IMG/VR virus record: IMGVR_UViG_3300044852_000033
Location: 1 to 43,850 of that record
Strand: one strand, 5' to 3'
From: a virus
Taxonomy: Duplodnaviria > Caudoviricetes
DNA length: 43,850 bases
Shown: one piece after another, positions 16,933-25,588 of the stretch
How positions within the stretch are numbered: the stretch's first letter is position 1
Layout of the letters: each line of letters starts with the position of its first letter
The notes under the pieces: model-generated
Told to the model about the DNA's origin: nothing
The model's input: only the letters and a program-made list of their open reading frames with translations
Databases searched by the model: none
Made by a program: the position numbers and the translations under genes

Positions 16933-17953
16933 TGCGGCCCCGGCTGGCTACCGCTGCTTCCAGACGGTCGGCCAGTTGCGACAGTGCGTTACCATCCTTT
17001 CGCTTGTCCCTGTGCAGCACGATCTTGTTTTCATCGATCGAGTGCCCGCAGTTGACCGTAGCCGTGATGAGTGCCTCACGCTGGCTAACGGGTGCCGCGA
17101 CGGGCGGCAATACATGACCATGCTGCTGCTCATCTTTTACCGCTACCAGTGCGCTGCCCACAGCAGGCACGGCAGACTCGGCGGGGTGGGCGTCAAGGAC
17201 CTTGCGCGCTTCCTCAACATACGCCTCCACGTCTTCGTGCAGCAGGTACGAATGGTTCTGGCCGGTGCCGGGCGTATGACGCATGCGCCGCTTCATGCCT
17301 TCCAGTTGATCGCACAGCTTGCGAAGTGCTGCCGCTGCGCCGGTCTCGGGCTGAGCTAGCACAGCTTCGCAAGACGACCGCCAAAACTTATCGGCTGCTA
17401 CTGGGTCAAGATTCACCGCAACGATGGCGTTATCCAGCGCTTCCTCGGGCGTACGGCCCGCGCCCTTCAGGCCGCTGTCATCGACACCGTAAATGCCGCG
17501 CAGGCGCCAGACCCCATTGTCGTAGCGGTTTAAGACGCCGCGCTCTAGCAGGAAAGACAGCAGGAAGCGGTAGCGATTATCCGACTCTGCTCGCTTGGAT
17601 GCAGCATGGGGAGCGGTAGCACGGCGAGCGTCGATGTAGGCAACAATCCTCTTATACTGCTCACACGAATACGCAGTTGCCGCATCATCGTAATTTGCCC
17701 ATTCAGCAAGCAATTCGTGAAACTCCGGTGTATCAATGTTTTGGCTCGGGGCTGCGGTAGCACGGCGGGCCAGGGCGTCGCAATATTCGAGAACGGAGTC
17801 GACCAGCACGCCGGCGGCGTCTACCGATCCGGTCACGGCGCAGAACCCGGCGTCCTCGCGCACTTCAAAGCCGCTGGCGCGGAACAGGTCGAGCACATCA
17901 GTAACGATCGTGATCGGGGCGCTCTCTGCGCCAGATTGTAGGGTGTCGGTCAT
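16925..17953 (-). CDS. Mosaic accessory hypothetical protein
   Basis: 342 aa; short modules separated by Ala/Pro linkers; RRATA repeated. Confidence 0.7.
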   Translation of the reverse strand: MTDTLQSGAESAPITIVTDVLDLFRASGFEVREDAGFCAVTGSVDAAGVLVDSVLEYCDALARRATAAPSQNIDTPEFHELLAEWANYDDAATAYSCEQYKRIVAYIDARRATAPHAASKRAESDNRYRFLLSFLLERGVLNRYDNGVWRLRGIYGVDDSGLKGAGRTPEEALDNAIVAVNLDPVAADKFWRSSCEAVLAQPETGAAAALRKLCDQLEGMKRRMRHTPGTGQNHSYLLHEDVEAYVEEARKVLDAHPAESAVPAVGSALVAVKDEQQHGHVLPPVAAPVSQREALITATVNCGHSIDENKIVLHRDKRKDGNALSQLADRLEAAVASRGRNG

Positions 17954-17960
17954 TACTGGC

Positions 17961-18101
17961 TCACAGTTTGTCGATGATGCCGACCATCAGCACGCACAGG
18001 GCGATACCGATCATGGCGATGGATTGGCTGCGGCGTGCGCGCAACTCGCGGCGCTCGTAGTCGGTCAGGCCGAGGTAAGGAATGCGGTGGTTGGTGTTCA
18101 T
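17961..18101 (-). CDS. Small membrane protein (46 aa, not in ORF track)
   Basis: MNTNHRIPYL...IAMIGIALCVLMVGIIDKL; AAGGAAAGAG RBS; promoter upstream. Confidence 0.7.
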   Translation of the reverse strand: MNTNHRIPYLGLTDYERRELRARRSQSIAMIGIALCVLMVGIIDKL

Positions 18102-18131
18102 GGTCTCTTTCCTTGTGGTTTGTATCGACAC

Positions 18132-18161
18132 ATAATAGTTCAGTTTATACTATGTGCGCAA
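18132..18161 (-). promoter_or_regulatory. Leftward sigma70-like promoter
   Basis: TTGCGC-18 bp-TATTAT in an AT-rich intergenic gap. Confidence 0.55.
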
Positions 18162-18168
18162 CCATTAT

Positions 18169-18621
18169 TTAGAAGCTCTCAAGCTCGCGCAGCACGCGGT
18201 CCAGATCGGCCCGGCTGTAGCGCGCCAGCACGCGCCGGTGCACGACGGCCAGCACGTTCTCGTAGATATCCTGGAGTTCGTCCTGGTCGTCGATGGTGTC
18301 GAACGAGAGCGAGCGCGCGATGAGGGTGAAACTGCCGTCCTCGTGGTGGGTGCGGTCGTAGTGACCGGCCAGGATCGCGATGTCGCGCCGAAACCGGGTA
18401 AAGCTGGGGCGCACCGGCTCGCCCTGGTGCTCGTCCGTCGGGCCGTCCCAATGGTCGAACGCGAAGCGCAACAGGACCATCAGCTTCTTGTGCAGGCGCA
18501 CGTCGATCGCGCGCACGACTTCGACACCCTCGCCCGGGCGCAACAGGCGCAGCAGGTCGGCGCCAGCCTGATCGACGGGCACGAATGCGCCATCGGTGCG
18601 GCGGGCGAGGATCACGCTCAC
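18169..18621 (-). CDS. DUF1367-like (NinB-related) protein
   Basis: HKKLMVLLRFAFDHW...SFTRFRRDIAILAGHY...ARSLSFDTID; GTGA overlap. Confidence 0.75.
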   Translation of the reverse strand: MSVILARRTDGAFVPVDQAGADLLRLLRPGEGVEVVRAIDVRLHKKLMVLLRFAFDHWDGPTDEHQGEPVRPSFTRFRRDIAILAGHYDRTHHEDGSFTLIARSLSFDTIDDQDELQDIYENVLAVVHRRVLARYSRADLDRVLRELESF

Positions 18622-18851
18622 GGCTCGCGCTCCTGCGCCTTGTCGCGCATTGCCTGCAAGGCCGAGCAGACCGTTGCCAGCACGGTTTCCGCATGCGCCA
18701 GCAGTGGCCCGAACTCGGATTCTGCTGGCGTGAACCGCTCCAGTTCGGCCAGTGCCGTATCGAGCGCGGCCGCGGATGCGCCGGCCAGCTTCTCCGGCAG
18801 TTCCAGCAGTGCGTCGAGCTTGGCGCGCGCTGCGTGTTCGTCGTAGGTCAT
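18618..18851 (-). CDS. Hypothetical protein
   Basis: 77 aa, helical, operon packing. Confidence 0.65.
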   Translation of the reverse strand: MTYDEHAARAKLDALLELPEKLAGASAAALDTALAELERFTPAESEFGPLLAHAETVLATVCSALQAMRDKAQEREP

Positions 18852-18860
18852 GGATTGTCC

Positions 18861-19493
18861 CTAGTGGTCGTTGATGATCCGGTCGATGGCCGTTTTCAGG
18901 TACTCGCGCGCCGCCTCTACCTTGACGATCATCTTCTGCTCGATCTTCTCGCAGCGCTCGATCGTGTAGCGGGTCACGCGCAGCGCCGGGTCGATGTGGT
19001 CCACCTGGTGAAGTTCGGCCTGCTCCCACCTGCGCAGCTCCTCGGGCGTCGTGACCATGCAGTAAGCGACCTCGAATTCCGGCACATCGAACAGGTTCAT
19101 GTACACGCGCCCCTGGTAGTCGTAGCCGGATTTCTTGGCGATCGCCTGCACGCAATCGACAGTGGCCGGGAACGTCGCCAGTGACCACGCCGTTTTGATG
19201 TCGATGATCTTCGCGCCCGGCAGGATCAGGTCGGGCTCACCCGTGAACCAGTCGTTCGTGCGTCGTTCCTCGTTCTTCTGGTGGCGGGTGAAGAACACAC
19301 GGTTGTACAGGTCGATGCTGTCCTGCTCGCACTGGATGCCCTTGTCCATGTACTTGGAGCTGATCTGCTCCTCGTACCCGTAGACCATTTCCTTTGCGAC
19401 GGCCTTGAGCCAGGTCTTTGCGCCCACCGACAATTCCTCGCCCTTCCCGTCTGCCATGATTTCGGCAATGGCGCTCGCGCGGAACCGGATCAC
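18861..19493 (-). CDS. YqaJ/lambda-type exonuclease
   Basis: FRAS...MDKG..CE...GEPD...IIDIK...YDYQ, a PD-(D/E)XK motif set; adjacent to Erf. Confidence 0.85.
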   Translation of the reverse strand: MIRFRASAIAEIMADGKGEELSVGAKTWLKAVAKEMVYGYEEQISSKYMDKGIQCEQDSIDLYNRVFFTRHQKNEERRTNDWFTGEPDLILPGAKIIDIKTAWSLATFPATVDCVQAIAKKSGYDYQGRVYMNLFDVPEFEVAYCMVTTPEELRRWEQAELHQVDHIDPALRVTRYTIERCEKIEQKMIVKVEAAREYLKTAIDRIINDH

Positions 19494-20260
19494 GCGGCAC
19501 CTGCCGGGTTGAGTGCTTGGGCGCGCTGTTCATCGGTCAGTTCGTAATTGGCTTCCAGTTCGGCCATCGTATAGGCGCCGGTCTGGATCGCCGCCAGCGC
19601 CGCGGCGAAACCCTTGGCACCGATCTTGTGTTTCGTGGCTGGCTGGCGCATCTCCGCCGCCATCTGGCGCAGTTCAGCGCGCTCGCCGTCGTCGTCGGGC
19701 TGGTCCATTGTTGCGGCGCCGGTGGCCGCAAGCAGCGTGTGGCGCTGCAAATAGGTCTTGGCCGAGATAACCGATTGAATGCCGTTCTTGCCGCCCGACG
19801 CATCCGGCGCCGCCATCAGCGTCGTTTCCTGGCTGTGGCCGAGGCGGTGCGTGATGACACAGGTAACGATCACTTGCCCGTCGCGCTGCGCCAGATCCCA
19901 GCGGTGCGAGAAGCCGAATTCGGCCAGCGCCGGCACGATCACGTCGACCACGTTGCCGATCGTCGCGTGCATGTATTCGGTCTTGTTCTTGCCTTCGCCG
20001 TAGCTGACCAGGTTGTCCTTCTTGATGATGAGCGGGCGGGCCTTGAAACGCGCCATGTCGTCGGCGAACGCCTTGCGGGCTTCGTTCGCCTCGTATTTCT
20101 GTTGCAAATCCATCAGCTTTTCGAGGCGATCCAGGTCCGCGCCAGAGTCGAGCGCGTGGCGCAGCAGGTCGGACGGGGTGACGGCGCCGGCCTGGCGCGG
20201 GGCGATTGCCTGCGCGGTGGTGGCGATCATTGCGTCGCCGTTGTCGATGATGTCTTGCAT
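19490..20260 (-). CDS. erf: ERF-family single-strand annealing protein
   Basis: LDRLEKLMDLQ...VTCVITHRLGHS...KNGIQSVISAKTYLQRHTL...DDDG. Confidence 0.88.
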   Translation of the reverse strand: MQDIIDNGDAMIATTAQAIAPRQAGAVTPSDLLRHALDSGADLDRLEKLMDLQQKYEANEARKAFADDMARFKARPLIIKKDNLVSYGEGKNKTEYMHATIGNVVDVIVPALAEFGFSHRWDLAQRDGQVIVTCVITHRLGHSQETTLMAAPDASGGKNGIQSVISAKTYLQRHTLLAATGAATMDQPDDDGERAELRQMAAEMRQPATKHKIGAKGFAAALAAIQTGAYTMAELEANYELTDEQRAQALNPAGAA

Positions 20261-20261
20261 G

Positions 20262-20465
20262 TCATTCCCCTTGTTGTGGTTGTTCGCCGGCCATGATGCG
20301 GGCGGTGTGGATTTCCCATTCGACCGCCTGTATCCCGATGTCGAGACCGGCACGCAGGCCCTGGGCGTGCGATGCCAGCGTGTCGATCTGGTAATCGGTC
20401 TGCAATGTGTCGCGCGCCGCGATCAGCCGGGCGCGCAGGTTTTCGAGGACGGTGATCGTGCTCAC
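20262..20465 (-). CDS. Hypothetical protein (67 aa)
   Basis: GTG start overlapping the upstream stop. Confidence 0.6.
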   Translation of the reverse strand: MSTITVLENLRARLIAARDTLQTDYQIDTLASHAQGLRAGLDIGIQAVEWEIHTARIMAGEQPQQGE

Positions 20466-20845
20466 GGTTCCACCCCTTCGGTCATGTAGCTGTCGATCGC
20501 CGTTTCGATTGCCTCGATCTGCTCCTTGGTCAGCAGGTACTTGATGCACATGCCGGCGTCCAGCACCAGCGCCGCGCCGGCCGGGCGGTCCTCGTCGGTC
20601 ACTTCGAGGAAGGCTTGCAGCGTCGGCAGCACGGCATTGACCTCGATCTCTGGATCACAGCCTGGCTCGCTGTCGAACGGGTCGGCGGTGATGCGCGCCG
20701 GGTAGCCTGGCGTATACGAGAAGTCGACCGTGACGGGAATCTCTTTCTGGATGGCGTTGCCGATGTGGGCGCCGCCGGCGTGCAGCTCGATCTCGACCTC
20801 TTCAAGCAGATAAGGAATGGTGCTGTGTGTGGTGCGCAGTTTCAT
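20462..20845 (-). CDS. Acidic hypothetical protein
   Basis: ATG at 20845 with GAAAGAG upstream; YTPGYPA...EPGCDPEIEV. Confidence 0.7.
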   Translation of the reverse strand: MKLRTTHSTIPYLLEEVEIELHAGGAHIGNAIQKEIPVTVDFSYTPGYPARITADPFDSEPGCDPEIEVNAVLPTLQAFLEVTDEDRPAGAALVLDAGMCIKYLLTKEQIEAIETAIDSYMTEGVEP

Positions 20846-20897
20846 GTTGTTTTGTCTCTTTCGGGTTGGCGCCCACCGTAGCGGGCGCGGGTTGGTG

Positions 20898-21278
20898 TTA
20901 AGCGGCGAACTGGCGCAGCGCCTCCAAGGCTGTCTCCGCACAGAAATATGGAGCGCTCGACTGTTCCAAGTTCTTGCCAACGTAGTGAAGGCCGCACGCT
21001 TCATCGTGGATGTAATGAGCGACAACGGAGCCGCAGTGCTTCACGGTGCCAGTTACTGGATTAAGCTCGCGCCCAGCGTGGGAGATAAATGCGCGTGCGG
21101 TGATAACAACTTTGTTGCTGTCTGTCAGGTGGCGGGCTTTTGCGCTGATAACAAAACGCTTTGCGGTATATGGGCCTGCCATCGGAACTTCGATGGAGTC
21201 ACCTATTGCATTTGCCTGCGACGAATTCACGAAATCTTCAAATTCGATGGTGTCGGCGTCGATTTCTTTGCGGTTCAT
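20898..21278 (-). CDS. Hypothetical protein, first gene of the leftward operon, lower GC
   Basis: ATG at 21278 downstream of the leftward promoter. Confidence 0.6.
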   Translation of the reverse strand: MNRKEIDADTIEFEDFVNSSQANAIGDSIEVPMAGPYTAKRFVISAKARHLTDSNKVVITARAFISHAGRELNPVTGTVKHCGSVVAHYIHDEACGLHYVGKNLEQSSAPYFCAETALEALRQFAA

Positions 21279-21319
21279 AATTTTGTCTCTTCTAGTATTC
21301 GCCGCGCCCTGTGCGCTGC

Positions 21320-21420
21320 TGATGGGTGACACTTTGCCATGAGTGAATTTTAGCGTCAAGCGATTTTTTCGTTACGAGTGAATTTATTTTCTTGATGGGT
21401 GAACAGATGTATGCCATCAT
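21320..21420. promoter_or_regulatory. Divergent promoters with repeated operator-like boxes
   Basis: Leftward TTGACG-17-CAAAGT and rightward TTGATG-17-CATCAT, both with a TGn extension; GAGTGAATTT at 21341 and 21376; TGATGGGTGA at 21320 and 21393. Confidence 0.7.
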
Positions 21421-21449
21421 ACTCGGGCAATCAACCACTGGAGGACACC

Positions 21450-21686
21450 ATGACCCGCACCTATGACGCCGACAATTCCGGCGCCCTGTTTGACCACATC
21501 AAGACGAAGAAGAAATTGAAGCGCGACGGCGACCTGGCCGAGTTGCTGGGCGAGCACCGTTCCGTCATCAGCGAGATCCGGCACGGCAAGCGCCAGGTCA
21601 ATTCCGATCTGCTGGTGCGCATCTGCGACCGGACCGGAATGAGCCTGAAAAGCGCGAAGGCCATGATCGCGAAGGAAGTCGCATAA
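21450..21686 (+). CDS. XRE-type HTH regulator
   Basis: LKRDGDLAELLGEHRSVISEIRHGK; GGAGG RBS. Confidence 0.85.
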   Translation: MTRTYDADNSGALFDHIKTKKKLKRDGDLAELLGEHRSVISEIRHGKRQVNSDLLVRICDRTGMSLKSAKAMIAKEVA

Positions 21687-22178
21687 ATGGCCGGCAACCG
21701 TAAAACCCGCAAGGCGTACAAGCGCAAATATGTGGCGCAGAACGTGCTCGACGTATTCGGCGGCATGGGCAGCACGCACGGCGAGCACCTGCGCGGCATC
21801 CAGATCAAGACCTACCGCGCACTCGACGAAATGACGCAGGGACGGGGCACGCGCGAAGGCTGGGATCTGCTGGTCGGCGCGATCAACATGGCGAACGTGA
21901 TGTGCGAGCAGGGTATCGGCAGCGAATTCCGCGACCAGACGATCGCGGCGCGCGAGGCGCTGCTCGAAGTAGGCAAGCGCATCGTGCGAACCGAGCGCGT
22001 GGTGCTCAAGGGCGAGGAACTCAAAGCGATCCGGGCGGCGCTCGAATGCCACGATGCCCAGCTGGAGAACGTGCGCGCCATCGATGTCGACCGCGCCTAT
22101 GTGGAAGTGCAGCGCCGGATCCGCGAGCGCGTCAACACGACCAACGTGATCGCCGAACTGGCGCAGGAGGGCGCTTAG
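21687..22178 (+). CDS. Hypothetical phage protein
   Basis: 163 aa, abuts both neighbours. Confidence 0.75.
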   Translation: MAGNRKTRKAYKRKYVAQNVLDVFGGMGSTHGEHLRGIQIKTYRALDEMTQGRGTREGWDLLVGAINMANVMCEQGIGSEFRDQTIAAREALLEVGKRIVRTERVVLKGEELKAIRAALECHDAQLENVRAIDVDRAYVEVQRRIRERVNTTNVIAELAQEGA

Positions 22179-22616
22179 ATGGGACGCGAAACCTTTGACA
22201 GCGCCCTGTCGCGCATGTTCGTCGAGCGCATGCTCGCCGCGCTCGGCAGGCAGCGCATGACACGCGCGGAAATGGAGGTCGAACTGTTCGCCAGCAAGAC
22301 CAAGATGCTCAACTATATCCGCCACCTGCACGGCGACACCGGCGCCGAAAAACGGATCTATGTCGCCAAGTACCTGGACCTGGAGAATGGCGGGCGCGTG
22401 CCGCTCTACGCAGCCGGCAACAAGAAAGACGCCAAGCCGCGCGGCTCCCGCACGATGTCGCAACGCTGGGCGATCATCAAGGCCGACCCCGTCAAGCATG
22501 CCGCCTACCTGGCAAAGCTGCGCGCCAAAGCCCGAAAGAATGGCACGCCGGCCCGCGCGCCGCGCACGTTCATCAACAAACCGCCCGCCTCATGGGCTTC
22601 TGCACTGGGAATCTGA
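22179..22616 (+). CDS. Basic putative DNA-binding protein
   Basis: wHTH-like MTRAEMEVELFASKTKMLNYIRHL; AGGAGG RBS. Confidence 0.6.
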   Translation: MGRETFDSALSRMFVERMLAALGRQRMTRAEMEVELFASKTKMLNYIRHLHGDTGAEKRIYVAKYLDLENGGRVPLYAAGNKKDAKPRGSRTMSQRWAIIKADPVKHAAYLAKLRAKARKNGTPARAPRTFINKPPASWASALGI

Positions 22617-22618
22617 GC

Positions 22619-22969
22619 ATGGCAAACCAATACACACAAGCGGCCAACGAAACCCAGCGCGCGCGCGTCCTGGCCTTCGTGCGCGCCCATCCCGAATGCA
22701 CCACGCACGACTTGCGCAACGCGTTCGGCATCGACGTGATGAACGCCGGCGTCTGCCTGACAAGCCTTCGCAATGCCGGTCTGGTCAGAAGCGAACGCGA
22801 GCCGGGCGAACTGCTGGCGCGCTGGTACGTGGTGCCGAAAAAGCGCGCGACAAAGAAGGAAATCGAGGTCGCGCCCGTCAAGCAGCGGTTCGTGAGCGAC
22901 TGGACATGCACGACCAGGCCTGGCGAATTCGAGCGCTTGTTTTTTGGCGCGGCACAGGTGGCTGCATAA
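22619..22969 (+). CDS. Putative winged-helix protein
   Basis: VLAFVRAHPECTTHDLRNAFGI...LTSLRNAGLV. Confidence 0.6.
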   Translation: MANQYTQAANETQRARVLAFVRAHPECTTHDLRNAFGIDVMNAGVCLTSLRNAGLVRSEREPGELLARWYVVPKKRATKKEIEVAPVKQRFVSDWTCTTRPGEFERLFFGAAQVAA

Positions 22970-23707
22970 ATGGATTTCTACACGGGCCTGCACCAGCCGT
23001 CGGACGCGCAGCATTTTGAATTTTCCTTCATTAGCCGCAACCGCCTGAAAAAACGCAAGTCGGGTTTTAAAGTCGGCAAGTGGATCATGGACAGCGGCGC
23101 GTTCACCACGATCCTGACGCATGGCGGCTATCCGGATGGTGTCGAGGAATACGCCGAGCAGATCAAACGCTGGAAGGACAATGGCGAGCTGCTGGCGGCC
23201 GTGGCGCAGGATTACATGTGCGAAGCCCACATGCTGAAACTGACCGGCAAGACGATCCCCGAGCACCAGGCCATGACGATCGAGCGTTACGACGATCTGA
23301 TTGCCTGCGATACGGGCGGCGTCTTGATCCTGCCCGTGCTGCAAGGGTTCGACCCGCAAGACTATGTGTCGCACATTCGCCAGTACGGCGAGCGCTTAAA
23401 ACCTGGCATGTGGGTCGGCGTCGGTTCGGTCTGCAAGAGAAACGGCGACCCGAACGCGATCTATCGGGTGCTGCGCGCCATCAAGGACGAGCGGCCGGAT
23501 TTACGGCTGCACGGCTTCGGCCTGAAATCGACCGCCCTGTCCTCGCCCTACATCACCGACCTGCTGCACACAGCCGACTCGATGGCCTGGAGTTTTTCGG
23601 CGCGCAAGCAGGGCAGGAACGGCAACTGTTGGACCGAAGCGAAAACTTTTACCGACCGCATCAACAACCGCATTTTTTATCAACCTCCGCAACAATCGCT
23701 TTTTTAA
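22970..23707 (+). CDS. dpdA: DpdA-like / tRNA-guanine transglycosylase-fold protein
   Basis: WIMDSGAFT, QDYMCE, PVLQG, GVGSVCKR, LHGFGLK, ADSMAWS are TGT-fold motifs; adjacent to a VUT transporter. Confidence 0.75.
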   Translation: MDFYTGLHQPSDAQHFEFSFISRNRLKKRKSGFKVGKWIMDSGAFTTILTHGGYPDGVEEYAEQIKRWKDNGELLAAVAQDYMCEAHMLKLTGKTIPEHQAMTIERYDDLIACDTGGVLILPVLQGFDPQDYVSHIRQYGERLKPGMWVGVGSVCKRNGDPNAIYRVLRAIKDERPDLRLHGFGLKSTALSSPYITDLLHTADSMAWSFSARKQGRNGNCWTEAKTFTDRINNRIFYQPPQQSLF

Positions 23708-23714
23708 GGAACCC

Positions 23715-24281
23715 ATGAAACTGTCTTTCCTCTATATCGCCGCACTGATCGCCGCCAATCTGACCGTCGCGGCCCTTGGACCGGTCGCCACGCCCATGAT
23801 CGCCTTCTTCCTGATCGGTCTGGACCTGACGCTGCGCGACGCGCTGCACGAGGCATGGGAAGGCAAGCACCTGTGGCCGCGCATGCTGGCGCTGGTTGCC
23901 ATCGCCGGCGCCGTGTCGTACCTGCTGAACCCGGCCGCCGGCCAGATCGCACTGGCGTCCGCGCTGGCCTTTACGGCGTCGGCCATTGTCGACGGCGCCG
24001 TGTTCGCGCTACTGCGCCGTAAAAGCCAGGCCGTGCGCGTGCATGGCTCGAACCTGGCCGGCGGGGCGGTCGATTCGCTGATCTTCCCCGCGCTCGCGTT
24101 CGGCGCCTTCCTGCCGGAGATCTTCGCGCTCCAGCTCGCGGCGAAGGTATGCGGCGGGGCGGCCTGGCTGGTGCTGTTCAACCGCCTGAACCGGATCAAG
24201 CTCAAACGCATAGCCGTCGAGCGGCTGCGCGCGGCCAATGAAGCAGAACTTGCGAGGCAACGCGCGAAGGCAGCGGCATGA
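23715..24281 (+). CDS. yhhQ: VUT/YhhQ-family preQ0/preQ1 transporter
   Basis: Multi-TM; IAAN...FFLIGLDLTLRD..HE...IALASALAF..S...D..VF...SN......DSLIF..LAFG. Confidence 0.8.
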   Translation: MKLSFLYIAALIAANLTVAALGPVATPMIAFFLIGLDLTLRDALHEAWEGKHLWPRMLALVAIAGAVSYLLNPAAGQIALASALAFTASAIVDGAVFALLRRKSQAVRVHGSNLAGGAVDSLIFPALAFGAFLPEIFALQLAAKVCGGAAWLVLFNRLNRIKLKRIAVERLRAANEAELARQRAKAAA

Positions 24282-24910
24282 AGCGATCGGAAATTCAACG
24301 CAAGACGCCGCTGCGCGCCAAGGCGCCCATGCAGCGCACGGCCAAGCCAGTAGCAGAGCCAAAGCGCCGGATCCGCAAGTGTGCTGTGCCGACCTGCCGC
24401 GCACCGTTCGAGCCGCGGTCAATGACGCACAAGACGTGCGGGCCGGCCTGCGCGGAACTGTTCGTCGCCAGCGAGAAGGCGCGCGCCGAGAAGCGCGAGC
24501 GGCAGCAGGGGCTGGCAAAGCTCAAGCGCCGCGCCGACTACTTCAAGGAGACGCAGGCGGTGCTCAACCGCTGGATCCGGGAAGTGCGCGATGCAGGCAA
24601 GCCGTGCGTTTCCTGCGGCCGGCACCATCAGGGGCAGAACCACGCCGGCCACTTCCTGTCGCGCGGATCCCACCCGCACCTGGCGCTGGTCGAGGCGAAC
24701 ATCGCATTGCAGTGCATGCCGTGCAATGTCCACCTGAGCGGCAACCAGCTTGCATTCCGGCGCGGCCTGATCGAGCGCATCGGGATCCGCGCGGTGGAGT
24801 TGCTGGAATCCGACACGGATCCGCGCAAGTACACGATCGAACAACTGAAAGCGATGAAGGTCGATTACCTGAACCGGTTGAAGGAGGCAAAGCGTGGCAC
24901 TCGACCCTAA
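24278..24910 (+). CDS. ninG: NinG/Rap recombination endonuclease
   Basis: NRWIR..RD...PCVSCG...HAGHFLSRG...NIALQCMPCN.HLSGN...LIERIG. Confidence 0.9.
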   Translation: MKRSEIQRKTPLRAKAPMQRTAKPVAEPKRRIRKCAVPTCRAPFEPRSMTHKTCGPACAELFVASEKARAEKRERQQGLAKLKRRADYFKETQAVLNRWIREVRDAGKPCVSCGRHHQGQNHAGHFLSRGSHPHLALVEANIALQCMPCNVHLSGNQLAFRRGLIERIGIRAVELLESDTDPRKYTIEQLKAMKVDYLNRLKEAKRGTRP

Positions 24911-25142
24911 ACGGATCCTGTTCGGCGTCCAGCTGCGCCCGCTGGCCGACGACGAGAAGAACGAGGGCATCAACTGCCGCGGCTGCGCCTTCGAGCGCCA
25001 GCCGGCCAAGGTCTGCGTGAGCGCCTGCGCCGAGGCGATAAAACGCGGCCTGCGCGACTGCGATGCGGTCGACCAGTTCGGCGACGTGGCGATCTATGTC
25101 CGCGTCGAAGTCGATCCCCGCCAGCTCGATCTCGTCGGCTGA
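24894..25142 (+). CDS. Small Cys-rich hypothetical protein
   Basis: 82 aa, CRGCAF, AAGGAGG RBS. Confidence 0.7.
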   Translation: MALDPKRILFGVQLRPLADDEKNEGINCRGCAFERQPAKVCVSACAEAIKRGLRDCDAVDQFGDVAIYVRVEVDPRQLDLVG

Positions 25143-25147
25143 ACCCG

Positions 25148-25170
25148 GCCCGCCGCGTGCGGGCTTTTTT
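25148..25170 (+). terminator. Rho-independent terminator
   Basis: GCCCGC-N5-GCGGGC-T6, same stem as the terminator at 15198. Confidence 0.88.
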
Positions 25171-25213
25171 ACGTCTATCAGGCAATAAATATTGTGCCAT
25201 CAGGACAGAAAGA

Positions 25214-25255
25214 TGGTATTATTATTTCCTCTTAAATTAACTTGTGAGGAAATAA
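25214..25255 (+). promoter_or_regulatory. Extended -10 promoter with a 10-bp inverted repeat over the RBS
   Basis: TGGTATTAT; TTATTTCCTC (25222) / GAGGAAATAA (25246). Confidence 0.55.
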
Positions 25256-25258
25256 ATC

Positions 25259-25585
25259 ATGCCATATCGCCGAGGTTCGACAGCGAACTTTATCCCGAAA
25301 AGCCCGGAGCTTGTCGCGGCAGAGTTGGCCGGCAAGGAAGCCATGCGCGCCTATTTTGCCGCCTCGCGCGGCCGCATGGCGGCAGTGGCGCGCGCTACCG
25401 CGATCAATCCGCCGAACCTGTGCAAGATGGCGCAGCGCGAAAACTATCCGATTGGCCTTGAATTTGCGTTGCTGATCGAGGCGGCGACAGATGGCGCCTT
25501 GCGTGCGGCTGTGCTGTGTCCATCGCGTGCCGATCTGCTGGCGAAGTTCGTCGCGCTGGAAGCCGGCGAGGCACTGGCGGCCTGA
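25259..25585 (+). CDS. Cro/YdaS-like HTH regulator
   Basis: AAVARATAINPPNLCKM...IGLEFALLIEAATDGAL....LCP; lies upstream of the initiator. Confidence 0.7.
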   Translation: MPYRRGSTANFIPKSPELVAAELAGKEAMRAYFAASRGRMAAVARATAINPPNLCKMAQRENYPIGLEFALLIEAATDGALRAAVLCPSRADLLAKFVALEAGEALAA

Positions 25586-25588
25586 CGC

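Noticed and set aside
18128-18162. dif-like or attP site
   Set aside because: The spacer is too long and the arms are poor; it is better explained as a leftward promoter.
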